64,000 bases of DNA, taken from assembly GCA_015064295.1 (NCBI GenBank), contig SVSM01000001.1, forward strand, positions 17,668 to 81,667, read 5' to 3'. The position numbers and the translations under genes were made by a program. Shown here one piece after another: positions 1-8,323 of the stretch. The notes below the pieces were generated by a model. That model searched no databases. It was not told where the DNA came from and saw nothing but the letters and a program-made list of their open reading frames with translations. The DNA comes from Oscillospiraceae bacterium (GTDB taxonomy: Bacteria > Bacillota > Clostridia > Oscillospirales > CAG-272). Positions within the stretch are counted from its first letter, which is position 1, and each line of letters begins with the position of its first letter.

Positions 1-399
1 GACGGGAACGATCTCAAGATCGCTCTCCACGGCAAGGTAAGCGTTGGCCAAGGTCTGGGCCTCAATGCCCTGGGTGGCGTCCACCACCAGAAGAGCCCCC
101 TCGCAGGCGTTTAAGGAACGGGAGACCTCGTAATTGAAGTCCACGTGACCGGGGGTGTCGATTAGGTTGAGGGAATAGGTCTGGCCGTCGGAGGCGGTGT
201 AGGCCATGTTGACGGCGCGGGCCTTGATGGTAATGCCGCGCTCCCGTTCCAGCTCCATGTTGTCAAGGACCTGGGATTCCATCTCACGGGTGGAAACGGT
301 GCGAGTCAGCTCCAAAATGCGGTCGGCCAGGGTGGATTTTCCGTGGTCGATGTGAGCAATGATGGAGAAATTGCGGATGTTTGACTGTCTATCGCTCAT
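1..399 (-). CDS. lepA: Elongation factor 4 (LepA), first 133 codons; gene continues past the left edge
   Basis: Own reverse-strand translation from ATG at 399-397 gives [30 protein letters not shown]...[18 protein letters not shown]. GTPase G1 (AHIDHGKST) and G3 (DTPGH) motifs fit a LepA-type N-terminus. Absent from the ORF track because the window edge truncates it. Confidence 0.9.
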   Translation of the reverse strand, partial: MSDRQSNIRNFSIIAHIDHGKSTLADRILELTRTVSTREMESQVLDNMELERERGITIKARAVNMAYTASDGQTYSLNLIDTPGHVDFNYEVSRSLNACEGALLVVDATQGIEAQTLANAYLAVESDLEIVPV

Positions 400-419
400 A
401 AGAAGCGCCTTTCATCGGG

Positions 420-1010
420 TTATTTGAAATCGGACAGGTTCAGCCCCATGGTATCGCGGAGCATGACGGTCAGGCGACAGAGGGGTAGGCCCACGATGGT
501 AAAATAATCGCCCTCGATCCGTTCCACGAAAGCCCCGGCAGGGCCTTGGATGCCGTAGGCACCCGCCTTGTCAAGGGGAGCGCCGGAGCGCACGTAGTCT
601 TCGATCTCCCCGTCGGTCAGCGTGCGGAAGTGAACCGAGGCCGTCTCCACGCAGGAGTCCAATGTGCCGTCGGAGATCACCGCCATACCGGTGTGAACGA
701 AGTGGGTCTTGCCCGACAGGAGACGGAGCATCTCACGGGCTTCCGATGCGTCCTTGGGTTTTCCCAGGATCTTACCCTCGATCTCCACCAGGGTATCGGC
801 CGCCACCACGGGACAGCCATCGGGGCGGATCCGACGAAAGATCTCCTCGGCCTTCCTGCGGGCCAGACACTCGGCCAGCAGGGCAGGGGTGTCTGCCGTC
901 ACAGACGACTCGTCCACCCGGGGAGTGATCGGCTCCACGTTTAGCCCCAGCATACGGAGCAGCTCAAGACGGCGAGGGGATTGGGAGGCAAGAATCAGCT
1001 TTTTCGTCAT
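420..1010 (-). CDS. maf: Maf-like nucleoside triphosphate pyrophosphatase (septum formation protein Maf)
   Basis: 196-aa ORF. The N-terminus MTKKLILASQSPRRLELL and the later DKAGAYGIQG are the classic Maf signatures. ATG at 1010. Confidence 0.9.
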   Translation of the reverse strand: MTKKLILASQSPRRLELLRMLGLNVEPITPRVDESSVTADTPALLAECLARRKAEEIFRRIRPDGCPVVAADTLVEIEGKILGKPKDASEAREMLRLLSGKTHFVHTGMAVISDGTLDSCVETASVHFRTLTDGEIEDYVRSGAPLDKAGAYGIQGPAGAFVERIEGDYFTIVGLPLCRLTVMLRDTMGLNLSDFK

Positions 1011-1016
1011 CGTTAC

Positions 1017-1274
1017 TCACCGACGGCGGAGGATCGCAAAGCCGCAGAGAACGGCAATGACGGAAAAGATAATGACTGCGACGCTCAGCTCAAAGGTAGC
1101 GCCAACCGTCAAGCTCAAAACACCCAGATCCAGAACCAGGGGAGAGGTGATGCCGAAATCCATGCCGAAGGCCAGCCAGGAGAGTCCGGAGATCCCGTCT
1201 GCCAAGCGGGCGACCAAGGTTCCCAGTACGATGCCGGCACAAACGAACAATAAAATGAGCAGCGAGCGTTTCAT
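1017..1274 (-). CDS. Small two-TM membrane protein, DUF4321-like
   Basis: 85-aa hydrophobic, Gly-rich ORF ending in RRR. GAGGA lies upstream of the ATG at 1274, and the gene is tightly followed by maf. Family assignment is from memory of DUF4321 proteins next to maf/mre genes. Confidence 0.6.
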   Translation of the reverse strand: MKRSLLILLFVCAGIVLGTLVARLADGISGLSWLAFGMDFGITSPLVLDLGVLSLTVGATFELSVAVIIFSVIAVLCGFAILRRR

Positions 1275-1325
1275 ACACGTTTCCTCGTTTCAACGACGTT
1301 GGGGGAGAGCCCCTTTAACCTCACT

Positions 1326-1354
1326 ATTATACCATAAAATCCAAAAGATTGCAA
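1326..1354 (-). promoter_or_regulatory. Sigma-A-type promoter for the DUF4321-maf-lepA unit
   Basis: Reverse strand reads TTGCAA, a 17-nt spacer, then TATAAT (-35 at 1354-1349, -10 at 1331-1326). Confidence 0.6.
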
Positions 1355-1446
1355 CAAAAACTTTGAGACCGGGCGGAAAAGAGCCCTCCGCGGGGGACGG
1401 GGAGGATAGTTCACAAAAAATTCATAAAGAAAATTCCCAAAACCTC

Positions 1447-1475
1447 TTGCAATTTCGCCCCTGCCATGGTATAAT
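1447..1475 (+). promoter_or_regulatory. Sigma-A-type promoter for tRNA-Glu
   Basis: TTGCAA (1447-1452), a 17-nt spacer, then TATAAT (1470-1475) with an extended TG at 1467-1468. It sits about 20 nt upstream of the tRNA 5' end. Confidence 0.7.
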
Positions 1476-1494
1476 ATCACACGTTGAAACGCAT

Positions 1495-1569
1495 GGCCTG
1501 TTGGTCAAGAGGCTAAGACGCCGCCCTCTCACGGCGGAAACAGGGGTTCGATTCCCCTACGGGTCACCA
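1495..1569 (+). tRNA. tRNA-Glu (anticodon CTC)
   Basis: Hand-folded cloverleaf: acceptor GGCCTGT/ACGGGTC (two G-T wobbles), D arm GTC-AAGAGGCTAA-GAC, anticodon stem CCGCC/GGCGG with loop CTCTCAC, T arm AGGGG-TTCGATT-CCCCT, encoded CCA. Confidence 0.9.
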
Positions 1570-1571
1570 TG

Positions 1572-1598
1572 AAAACGCAGGCAAATGCCTGCGTTTTT
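1572..1598 (+). terminator. Rho-independent terminator after tRNA-Glu
   Basis: Stem AAACGCAGGC / GCCTGCGTTT with loop AAAT, followed by a T-run. Confidence 0.8.
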
Positions 1599-1628
1599 CG
1601 TTTAATACGAGGATCAAGGAGAAGGACT

Positions 1629-2870
1629 ATGGGTATCTTAAAAGGAAATGCGATCGTCGGACAGTCCGGCGGTCCCACCGCCGCCATTAACGCAACGCTT
1701 TCAGGCGTGATCCGTGGCGCCATTGCCGATCAAAACATCGGCACCATCTACGGCGCCTTTAACGGCGTGGAGGGTATGCTGGCCGGCACCTACTGCAATC
1801 TGTCGGAGATCTTTGCCGACGAAACGAAGCTGAAGACGCTGGAAACGACGCCGGCCGCCGCCCTCGGCTCCTGCCGCAAGAAGCTTCCCAAGCTGGATGG
1901 TAGTGACGACAAGGCCGAGGAGACCTACGAGAAGCTGTTCGCATTCTTCAAAAAGCTGGACATTCGCTACTTCTTCTATATCGGTGGCAACGATTCCATG
2001 GATACCGTGGCTAAGGTCTCGGCCTACGCCAAGGCCCACGACTACGAGATCCGCGTCATGGGGGTGCCCAAGACCATCGATAACGACCTGGTGGTCACCG
2101 ACCATACCCCCGGCTTCGGCTCTGCCGCCAAGTATATTGCCACCTCCATGGCCGAAATGCTCTGCGACTGCGCAGTGTACACCGTGAAGGCCGTGACCAT
2201 CGTGGAGATCATGGGCCGTGACGCCGGCTGGCTTACCGCCTCGGCCGCTCTCACCCGTGTCAACGGCATGGAGCCGGACCTTATCTATCTGCCCGAGCGT
2301 GCCTTCGACCTTGAGGCCTTCTTCGAGGACGTTAAGGAAGCCCTTGACCGTCACCCCAACGTGGTGGTGGCCGTTTCGGAGGGCATCCGCACCGCCGACG
2401 GCAAGTACGTCTGCGAGCTGGTGTCCAACAGCGGTACAGACGCCTTCGGCCATAAGATGCTGTCGGGTACCGGTAAGGCACTGGAGCTGGCCGTGAAGGA
2501 GCGCATCGGCTGTAAGGTCCGTTCGGTAGAGCTGAACATTCTCCAGCGCTGCGCCGCTCATCTCGGCTCCCTCACCGACATCACCGAGTCGGTCAGCGTG
2601 GGCAAGGCCGCCGTAGAGGCCGCCTCCTCGGGTATGACGGGTAAGATGATGACCATCGAGCGCGTCTCCAACGAGCCCTACGTCTCCCGTCCCGGCTGTG
2701 AGGACATCGATAAGATCGCCAATATGGTGAAGGGCGTTCCCGCCGAGTTCATCAACGAACGCGGCAACGGCATCACCGACGAGGGTGTTCGGTACCTCCT
2801 GCCCCTCATCGAGGGCGAGAGCTATCCCGTCTACGAAAACGGCCTCCCGGTATTTCTTTCTCTGAAATAA
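1629..2870 (+). CDS. pfp: Phosphofructokinase, long (about 413 aa) form with PPi-dependent-type active-site residues
   Basis: Start moved to ATG 1629 behind AAGGAGAAGG, because the track ORF start at 1569 lies inside the tRNA. The product begins MGILKGNAIVGQSGGPTAAIN and carries IGGNDS and PKTIDND motifs of the PFK family. Confidence 0.85.
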   Translation: MGILKGNAIVGQSGGPTAAINATLSGVIRGAIADQNIGTIYGAFNGVEGMLAGTYCNLSEIFADETKLKTLETTPAAALGSCRKKLPKLDGSDDKAEETYEKLFAFFKKLDIRYFFYIGGNDSMDTVAKVSAYAKAHDYEIRVMGVPKTIDNDLVVTDHTPGFGSAAKYIATSMAEMLCDCAVYTVKAVTIVEIMGRDAGWLTASAALTRVNGMEPDLIYLPERAFDLEAFFEDVKEALDRHPNVVVAVSEGIRTADGKYVCELVSNSGTDAFGHKMLSGTGKALELAVKERIGCKVRSVELNILQRCAAHLGSLTDITESVSVGKAAVEAASSGMTGKMMTIERVSNEPYVSRPGCEDIDKIANMVKGVPAEFINERGNGITDEGVRYLLPLIEGESYPVYENGLPVFLSLK

Positions 2871-2889
2871 CGCTCGTGTGAGCATAGAA

Positions 2890-2961
2890 TCAACCTCCGT
2901 TTCATACAATGCTATCGGTTCCTTTCAAAAAGAAAGACGGATCGCAGGAAACGGAGGTTGA
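2890..2961 (+). promoter_or_regulatory. 14-bp perfect inverted repeat whose 3' arm contains the Shine-Dalgarno of the S1-domain gene
   Basis: TCAACCTCCGTTTC (2890-2903) is the exact reverse complement of GAAACGGAGGTTGA (2948-2961). The GGAGG at 2953-2957 is the RBS for ATG 2965. Confidence 0.5.
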
Positions 2962-2964
2962 ATT

Positions 2965-3909
2965 ATGTTTATCGGAGATTTTAGGCCAGAGGGAAGCATC
3001 CTGGCATCTCCCGAAAATCGGGAATACCTGGCTAGCGAGCAGGGACTGGAGCGAGCCATGAACGAGGGCGTCATCCTGGAGGCCATGGCGGTGCGCTGTG
3101 ACAGCGACTTTCGGCTGACGGTAGAGCTCGGCTGTATGCGGGGCTACATCGACCGGGAGGAGGTGCTGCTGACCCACGGAGAGGAAACGGTGCGGGATAT
3201 CGCCGTCATCACCCGGGTAGGGAAGGCGGTGTGCTTCAAGGTCATGGGCTTCTTTTACGAGGGAGGCCGCCGCGTGGCGCGGCTATCCCGTCGAGAGGCA
3301 CAGAGGGAGTGCTATGAGTCCTTTCTATGCGACCTGATCCCGGGAGACGTTATCGAGGCCAAGGTCACCCATCTTGAAAGCTTCGGCGCCTTTGTGGACG
3401 TGGGCTGCGGCATCGTGTCGCTTTTGTCCATCGATTGCATTTCGGTGTCACGGATTTCCCATCCCTCCGATCGGTTTCGGGTGGGGGACCGCATCCGTGT
3501 GGTCATCAAAAGTCTTGAGCCCGATACAGGGCGGATCTTTGTCAGCCATAAAGAGCTTCTCGGCACGTGGGAGCAAAATGCCGCTCTGTTTGAGGTAGGA
3601 CAGACCGTGGCAGGGATCGTACGGAGTATTGAGACCTACGGTATTTTCGTGGAGCTTACTCCCAATCTGGCGGGGCTGGCCGAGTACCGTCCCGATATGA
3701 CAGTGGGACAGGTGGCGGCGGTCTACATAAAGAATATCATCCCCGAGCGCATGAAGCTGAAGCTGGTGCTCATTGATTCCTACCGCGGGGAAGGGGAGCC
3801 GAGCCGCCGCGTGGTCGGCTATCCCGAGGAAACGGTCCACATCGCCTCCTGGCGTTATTCTCCCGCCTGTTGTCCCAGGGTGATCGAAACGGTGTTTGAG
3901 CCATCATAA
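2965..3909 (+). CDS. S1 RNA-binding domain protein (multiple S1-like repeats)
   Basis: 314-aa ORF with repeated S1-type segments (GDVIEAKVTHLESFGAFVDVGCGIVSLL; GQTVAGIVRSIETYGIFVELTPNLAGLA). Confidence 0.7.
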   Translation: MFIGDFRPEGSILASPENREYLASEQGLERAMNEGVILEAMAVRCDSDFRLTVELGCMRGYIDREEVLLTHGEETVRDIAVITRVGKAVCFKVMGFFYEGGRRVARLSRREAQRECYESFLCDLIPGDVIEAKVTHLESFGAFVDVGCGIVSLLSIDCISVSRISHPSDRFRVGDRIRVVIKSLEPDTGRIFVSHKELLGTWEQNAALFEVGQTVAGIVRSIETYGIFVELTPNLAGLAEYRPDMTVGQVAAVYIKNIIPERMKLKLVLIDSYRGEGEPSRRVVGYPEETVHIASWRYSPACCPRVIETVFEPS

Positions 3910-3912
3910 AGG

Positions 3913-3951
3913 AACGGCAGGGTGCGCTGCAAAGCAGCGCACCCTGCCGTT
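3913..3951. terminator. Bidirectional hairpin terminator between the convergent S1 gene and htrA
   Basis: 18-bp stem AACGGCAGGGTGCGCTGC / GCAGCGCACCCTGCCGTT with loop AAA. Confidence 0.8.
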
Positions 3952-3966
3952 TGGTTTAGTCGCCTG

Positions 3967-5463
3967 TCAGGAGGTCTTTTCGGTCAAGACGATTTCAATA
4001 TCGATCATCTCGGCACGTTCGGTTCGGTAATTGACGCGGGATACGGTGACCTTCACGGTGTCGCCCACCTCGTATTCCTGAAGAAGGGCCTTGAGGTCAA
4101 TGAAGCTGGTAATCTGGATCGAATCGATGGCCGCCAGACGGTCACCGGTCTTCAGACGCTTATCCTCGGCATTGATGATATAGACGCCGTAGCCGCTGAT
4201 AAAGTAGCGGCTGTACTGCCAGTGCTGCTGAATGTCGGCCTGGTCCAGGACCTCAATCACCTCCACGCCCAGCTTCACGCGGCCGGTGACGTAGCCGTGC
4301 TCGATCAGCTCGGCGGCTACCTCCATGGCGTCGTCCACCGGAATGGCAAAGCCCAGTCCCTCAATGTTCTCGCCGGCGGATTTGGCGTTCACGACGCCGA
4401 TCAGCTGGCCGTCCATGTTAAAGAGACCGCCGCCGGAGTTGCCGGGGTTGATCTCGGTGTTGGTTTGCAGGAGATGGTAGGTGGTACCGTCGATGATGAC
4501 GTCGCGGTCAAGGGCGCTGACGATGCCGTTGGTGACCGAGCCGCCCAGCTCGCCCAGAGGATTGCCGATAGCGACCACTTCCTCCCCCACCACGACCTTG
4601 GAAAAATCGGCAACGGTTGCGGCCTTTAAGCCCTTCACGTCGATCTTGATAACGCCGATGTCGGTCTGGGTGTCAGCGGCAGTGTAGGTGGCCTCGTATT
4701 CCTCGCCGCTCGTCAGCTTGACCATGACCTTGGTGGCGCCCTCAATGACGTGGGCGCAGGTAATGACGTAGCTGCCGCCCTCACCGGAGGAGATGATGAC
4801 ACCGCTGCCGGCGCCCTGGGTGACGTACTGGCCGTAATACTTGTCGGTGGAGACCGTCTCGGTGGTAACCTCTACCACCGCATCGGCAGCAACCGAGGCC
4901 ACGTAGGCGGCCGAGCCCTTTTCGGTCACAGGGGGCTTATCCTCCTGATTGCCCTGCTGAATGACCACCGTACCTCCGCCCAGCGGCAGACTGACTCGAC
5001 CGGACAGAAGGCTGTAAAGGAAAGCACCTCCGGCCCCTCCGATGAGAAGGCAAATGACCATAGCAACGGTCACCATGCCCACCACGAAGCCCTTTGTGGC
5101 CGGCTTCTTTTCCTTTGCGGGAGGACGGTAGAAGGTGGTAGGCTGATAGGGAGGATAGCCGTTGTTGGAATAGGGGGACGGATTTCCTCCCTCGTAATTC
5201 CGATAACCCTGCCCCTGGGCGTAGCCGCTTGGCGGATAAGCATTGCCGTAGGGATTGGCATTCTCCGTCTGACGGTAGGCGTTTGTCTGGTAGGACGCCT
5301 GGGGATCGTTTGAACGAGCCCCATAAGGACTGCCGTAGTGAGGCATCTGGGCCTGTCCTGCCGCCGGCTCCTGGGGGGCGGCCGATTCTGCAGCAGGGGG
5401 CGGGGTAACGAGGGGTTCTTTTCCAAACTCGTCACGATTCATGTTTTCAAAACCGTTATTCAT
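3967..5463 (-). CDS. htrA: HtrA/DegP-family serine protease (trypsin-like domain plus PDZ) with a low-complexity N-terminal region and one TM
   Basis: Start moved to ATG 5463 (MNNGFENM) behind GGAGG. Contains TNTEINPGNSGGGLF (catalytic Ser motif), HVIEGA, and a C-terminal PDZ-like segment. Confidence 0.85.
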   Translation of the reverse strand: MNNGFENMNRDEFGKEPLVTPPPAAESAAPQEPAAGQAQMPHYGSPYGARSNDPQASYQTNAYRQTENANPYGNAYPPSGYAQGQGYRNYEGGNPSPYSNNGYPPYQPTTFYRPPAKEKKPATKGFVVGMVTVAMVICLLIGGAGGAFLYSLLSGRVSLPLGGGTVVIQQGNQEDKPPVTEKGSAAYVASVAADAVVEVTTETVSTDKYYGQYVTQGAGSGVIISSGEGGSYVITCAHVIEGATKVMVKLTSGEEYEATYTAADTQTDIGVIKIDVKGLKAATVADFSKVVVGEEVVAIGNPLGELGGSVTNGIVSALDRDVIIDGTTYHLLQTNTEINPGNSGGGLFNMDGQLIGVVNAKSAGENIEGLGFAIPVDDAMEVAAELIEHGYVTGRVKLGVEVIEVLDQADIQQHWQYSRYFISGYGVYIINAEDKRLKTGDRLAAIDSIQITSFIDLKALLQEYEVGDTVKVTVSRVNYRTERAEMIDIEIVLTEKTS

Positions 5464-5565
5464 GGTAAGACCTCCAAAATGTGGAAACAAAGAGACGTTT
5501 CCCATGGGATATTCTTATTATATAACCCGTTTATGACCGTAATGTGATGATTTTCGAAATATTTA

Positions 5566-5594
5566 TTGAAAAAATGCGATCGGTATGCTATAAT
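5566..5594 (+). promoter_or_regulatory. Sigma-A-type promoter for the SDR gene
   Basis: TTGAAA (5566-5571), a 17-nt spacer, then TATAAT (5589-5594). Confidence 0.6.
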
Positions 5595-5627
5595 AGCAGG
5601 AGAAAAGACAACAGAAAGGAAAACGCC

Positions 5628-6362
5628 ATGAAACCTACCGCCGTGATTACCGGTGGCTCTCGGGGGATCGGAGAGGCCACGGTGCGCCTTCTGGCAGCCA
5701 AGGGCTACGCCGTGGTATTTGCCTACCGGAGCGCCGAGGATAAAGCCAAAGCACTGGAGGACGAGTTGCACGCCCAAGGCCTTGACGTGTTGGCGGTGAG
5801 AGCCGACGTGACCGATACCGAGCAGGTAAGGGCACTCTTTGCCCTTGCCGATAGGATCTACGGCAGGGTGGATGTGCTGGTCAATAACGCAGGCATCGCC
5901 CGCCAGCAGCTCCTTACCGACGTATCGGACGCCGATTACGAGGCGGTGACGGCGTTGAATCTGGGGGGCGTTGTCCGTTGCTGTCGGGAGGCCGTTCCGT
6001 ATTTCTTAAAGCACCATCGGGGAAGCATCGTCAACGTATCCTCGGTCTGGGGCGTCGTCGGCGCCTCCTGCGAGAGCGTTTACTCCGCCTCCAAGGCAGG
6101 CGTTATCGGCTTCACCAAGGCCCTGGCCAAGGAGCTTGGCCCCTCCGGTATTCGTGTGAACTGTCTGTGTCCCGGCGTGATCGATACCGAAATGAACACC
6201 ATGTACGGAAGGGACGTCATGGATGCCCTTGCCGATGAAACGCCTCTCGGCCGCATCGGAGCCCCGAGGGAGGTAGCGGAGGCCATCGCCTTCCTTGCGT
6301 CCGACGCCGCGTCCTTTGTGACCGGACAGGTACTGGGTGTGGACGGGGGCTTTGGTCTTTGA
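5628..6362 (+). CDS. SDR-family oxidoreductase (FabG-like 3-oxoacyl reductase type)
   Basis: Start at ATG 5628 (MKPTAVITGGSRGIG). Has the TGGSRGIG cofactor motif, NNAG, and catalytic YSASK. Confidence 0.8.
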   Translation: MKPTAVITGGSRGIGEATVRLLAAKGYAVVFAYRSAEDKAKALEDELHAQGLDVLAVRADVTDTEQVRALFALADRIYGRVDVLVNNAGIARQQLLTDVSDADYEAVTALNLGGVVRCCREAVPYFLKHHRGSIVNVSSVWGVVGASCESVYSASKAGVIGFTKALAKELGPSGIRVNCLCPGVIDTEMNTMYGRDVMDALADETPLGRIGAPREVAEAIAFLASDAASFVTGQVLGVDGGFGL

Positions 6363-6372
6363 CAAAAACATT

Positions 6373-6407
6373 AACGGTCTGTCACCATCGTGACAGACCG
6401 TTTTTTT
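6373..6407. terminator. Bidirectional terminator between the SDR and amidase genes
   Basis: Stem AACGGTCTGTCA / TGACAGACCGTT followed by TTTTTTT. Confidence 0.8.
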
Positions 6408-6413
6408 GTTGTG

Positions 6414-8177
6414 TTACTGCTTGTTGCGGCGTTTTTCCTTTAGGTAACGGAGGAGAAAGGGCGTCATGGTCAGGCCGATGGCGACGGGAATCACAATCAG
6501 CAGAGTAAGGACGTCCTTTACCGCCGACGGCATTTCCTTCCCGGTGTCAGCGGGCTCCGTGGAAGAGGGCATATCGGGCGCGGTGTCAGGAACGGTACCC
6601 TCCGAGCCCGCGGTGGTCTCGGTGGTTTCGGGGAGTGGCTCCTCGGTGTCAACGCTTGTTTCGGGCGTCGTGAGGAAATCCCGGTAGTCTGCCAGAATCT
6701 CGGAAAGGGAAGCCCCGCCATATGCGGCATACAGATCGGCGGCTCCTTCGGGGATGGCCCGATGGTCGTATTGGGTGGTGTAGGAATAGGCCATGTCAAG
6801 AAGGAGCTGCTCGTTGTTTCGCAGCGAGGCGATCTCAAGGCCGATGCCGGCGCCGCGGGAATGGGTACCGATGGGAACAGTAATCTCGGGAATGCCGAGA
6901 GGCGGCGCCAGAATCTTCACGTTGGTCACGAAATTCTGCTCGTAGACCTTCAGGGTTCCCGATTCCGAAACGCCCCGCCATTGAGGCGCGTGGAGATACG
7001 TCGGGAAGATCACGGCGGCAATATCGTTGTCCTTGAGCAGAGCTTCAAAGGCCGTATAGAAGGCGTTGACCGACTTTTTGGTGTTGTTGGCACAGGCGTT
7101 TGAGAGGGTGAATACCTTGGGCATCGACACCTCAATGACCTCAGCGCCGCAGGCTCTCAGCTCCTCAACGGCTCGGTCAAAGGTGGCAAGGATCTCCTTG
7201 TCCAGATTGCCCGCCTTTCGGCTTGACAGGGAGCTGACCGGTCCCGAAAGCTCCTTCAGAATACCGATGCGAAGCCCTTCCAGGGCATTGGCGTTCAAAT
7301 TTTGGGTGTAGGTTCCGTTCCCCACAAGGGTATCGAGCAAAATGGCCTGATCCTTCACCGTGCGGGTGATGGCGCCGGGGGTATCCCGCTTGGTGTTGAG
7401 GATCACGATGCCGTCGCGGTCAAGAAGGCCTGTTGTAGGGCGAAGGGAAACGCAGCCGTTCAGCGCGGCGGGATAGCGCAGGGAGGAGTTGGTATCGGTT
7501 CCCAGACTGCCGGCGGCAAAGTGAAGAGCCGTGGCCACGGCCGAGCCGCCGGAGGAGCCGCCGCAGGCCAGGTCGATGTTGTATGCGTTTCGCGTCTCAC
7601 CGACCGACGAGCTGATGGAGAGGCGGGCGTCCTGAGCACCCTTGCTCATGTTGGTCTTGGCCAGGATCACGGCTCCCTCGGCAATGAGGTTGTCCACGAT
7701 GGCGGCGTTATCCTTGGCGATCTGCTCGTCCTTCTTTTTGTAGCCGTTGGTGGTGTGGTAGCCCTCGTAATCGATGTTATCCTTTACCACAATGGGGATC
7801 CCGAACAGGGAGCCCTTGGCCTCTCCTGCTGCCAAAGTGGCATCTCTCCGGTCGGCCACCTCGGTGGCGTTGTCGCATAGGGTAATAAAGCAGTTATAGG
7901 GCTTGTTATAGGCCTCAATGCGCTCAAGATAGTAGTCGGTCAGCTCCCGACAGGTGATCAGCCGAAGGGCGATCGCCTCCCGCTGGGTGGCGATGTCGGC
8001 CTGAAAGAGTGCAGAGAGAAGGGCGTTCTTTTCCTCCTCGCTCAGATTGGCGGGTGGGAGAAGCTCGGTCTTGAGCGCCGTGTCGGCCGGCTCCTCCTCC
8101 GCCAATACGGGGAAGGAGGGGAGCAGAAGGGCAAGACAAAGCAAAAGAAAAAGAACGGAACGTAAGTAACCTTTCAT
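6414..8177 (-). CDS. Amidase-signature (AS) family amidase with an N-terminal signal peptide and a C-terminal membrane anchor
   Basis: Start moved to ATG 8177 (MKGYLRSVLFLLLCLALLLPSFPVLAEEE) behind GGAGG. AS motifs VVKDNIDYEGYHTTNG and CGGSSGGSAVA are present. The C-terminus is LTLLIVIPVAIGLTMTPFLLRYLKEKRRNKQ. Confidence 0.8.
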   Translation of the reverse strand: MKGYLRSVLFLLLCLALLLPSFPVLAEEEPADTALKTELLPPANLSEEEKNALLSALFQADIATQREAIALRLITCRELTDYYLERIEAYNKPYNCFITLCDNATEVADRRDATLAAGEAKGSLFGIPIVVKDNIDYEGYHTTNGYKKKDEQIAKDNAAIVDNLIAEGAVILAKTNMSKGAQDARLSISSSVGETRNAYNIDLACGGSSGGSAVATALHFAAGSLGTDTNSSLRYPAALNGCVSLRPTTGLLDRDGIVILNTKRDTPGAITRTVKDQAILLDTLVGNGTYTQNLNANALEGLRIGILKELSGPVSSLSSRKAGNLDKEILATFDRAVEELRACGAEVIEVSMPKVFTLSNACANNTKKSVNAFYTAFEALLKDNDIAAVIFPTYLHAPQWRGVSESGTLKVYEQNFVTNVKILAPPLGIPEITVPIGTHSRGAGIGLEIASLRNNEQLLLDMAYSYTTQYDHRAIPEGAADLYAAYGGASLSEILADYRDFLTTPETSVDTEEPLPETTETTAGSEGTVPDTAPDMPSSTEPADTGKEMPSAVKDVLTLLIVIPVAIGLTMTPFLLRYLKEKRRNKQ

Positions 8178-8200
8178 GAATACCTCCGATGATACGAAAG

Positions 8201-8229
8201 GAAAAAGCACTTGCGGAGCAAGTGCTTTT
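8201..8229 (-). terminator. Terminator after tRNA-Lys
   Basis: Stem GCACTTGC / GCAAGTGC with loop GGA, flanked by A- and T-runs. Confidence 0.75.
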
Positions 8230-8305
8230 TGGTGCTCCTGCGGAGAGTCGAACTCCGGACAACTTGATTAAAAGTCAAGTGCTCTACCTACTGAGCTACA
8301 GGGGC
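8230..8305 (-). tRNA. tRNA-Lys (anticodon TTT)
   Basis: Reverse strand reads GCCCCTG-TA-GCTCAGTAGGTAGAGC-A-CTTGA-CTTTTAA-TCAAG-...-CGGAG-TTCGACT-CTCCG-CAGGAGC-A-CCA. This is a canonical cloverleaf with one C:A mismatch at acceptor pair 3:70. Confidence 0.85.
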
Positions 8306-8323
8306 GCGTCGTTAACGCTGATT

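Noticed and set aside
1569-1628. N-terminal extension of the PFK ORF starting at 1569.
   Set aside because: It would begin inside the tRNA-Glu 3' end and read through its terminator hairpin. ATG 1629 has a strong RBS and gives the conserved PFK N-terminus.
1701-2909. 402-aa minus-strand ORF covering the whole phosphofructokinase gene.
   Set aside because: It is antisense to a gene with unmistakable PFK motifs. The product is Gly/Ala/Val/His/Asp-rich with no motifs and no RBS. This is a typical long shadow ORF of high-GC DNA.
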